DNA of 64,000 nucleotides from Rhizodiscina lignyota (Eukaryota): NCBI GenBank assembly GCA_010015805.1, contig ML978134.1, positions 124,001 to 188,000 of the forward strand, read 5' to 3'. Shown piece by piece: positions 63,532 to 64,000 of this stretch (position 1 is its first letter; each line of letters starts with the position of its first letter). The notes under the pieces were generated by a model. It saw only the letters and a program-made list of their open reading frames with translations, ran no database searches and was not told where the DNA came from. The position numbers and the translations under genes were made by a program.

Positions 63532-64000
63532 ATGGCGACATTCTCTTTCAAACACCCAGAGCTGGGCGAGATACGTACCCATGATTACGACGGGGTCCTT
63601 GAGCTACTTGGGCTTAAGTATGCATCTCTCGAGGATCGATTTGCACCGGCCGAACTGGTTGAGGCGACCTCTGGAGAATCTCTCGATGCGACCAAATACG
63701 GGCCCCAAGTGCTGTCACCTCTACAAGGCATAGATATAGAGCGCGGTCTCATTCAGCAAGCCTTGCCAAATCCTGAGTTTCCAGGTGTGTCCGACAGTAA
63801 TGGCTTAAATTTAAACATTACATCGCCCACTGGAGGCTCCAAGCTTCCAGTCGTGGTCTTCATCCATGGTGGTGCTTTCGGAATCGGTGCAAACTGGTAC
63901 CCTCATTATGATTTCAAACGTCTAGTTCGAATGTCAATCGAGCAGGGCATGCCTATAATTGGCATCACTATCAAGTCCGTTAATGATGACTTCTATTGAG
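63532..64000 (+). CDS. Type-B carboxylesterase (5' part; continues beyond window)
   Basis: LGLKYASLEDRFAP, GLNLNITSP, LPVVVFIHGGAF. Confidence 0.88.

Overview
Intron-containing genomic DNA of a filamentous ascomycete (Pezizomycotina; short GT-AG introns with CTRAC-type branch points). It holds about 28 protein-coding loci and one intron-containing tRNA-Cys(GCA). Conserved housekeeping genes (WDR83/MORG1, Cdc12-type septin, PWP2, acetoacetyl-CoA synthetase, Mss116-like DEAD-box helicase, BCS1-like ATPase, Trk K+ transporter) alternate with accessory genes. The most striking locus is a head-to-head pair at 42.4-46.1 kb. One gene is a spliced trypsin-fold serine protease (His/Asp/GDSGS triad) with a degenerate homeodomain inserted between its catalytic Asp and Ser; the domain is only complete after splicing. 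The other encodes an uncharacterised protein with an N-terminal Cys cluster and a C-terminal membrane segment. Together they are a candidate protease-activated effector or immune module (inference). Other highlights: an intronless GST-theta::CmcJ/NvfI/AsaB-like oxygenase fusion; a >500-codon secreted-protein gene missed by the ORF track and split by one in-frame TGA; a phenolic-catabolism cluster (VOC ring-cleavage dioxygenase, FAH-family enzyme, MhpA-like monooxygenase, carboxylesterase) next to a decayed MFS transporter; and a frameshifted lactonase. Family assignments come from motif recognition by eye, not database searches.
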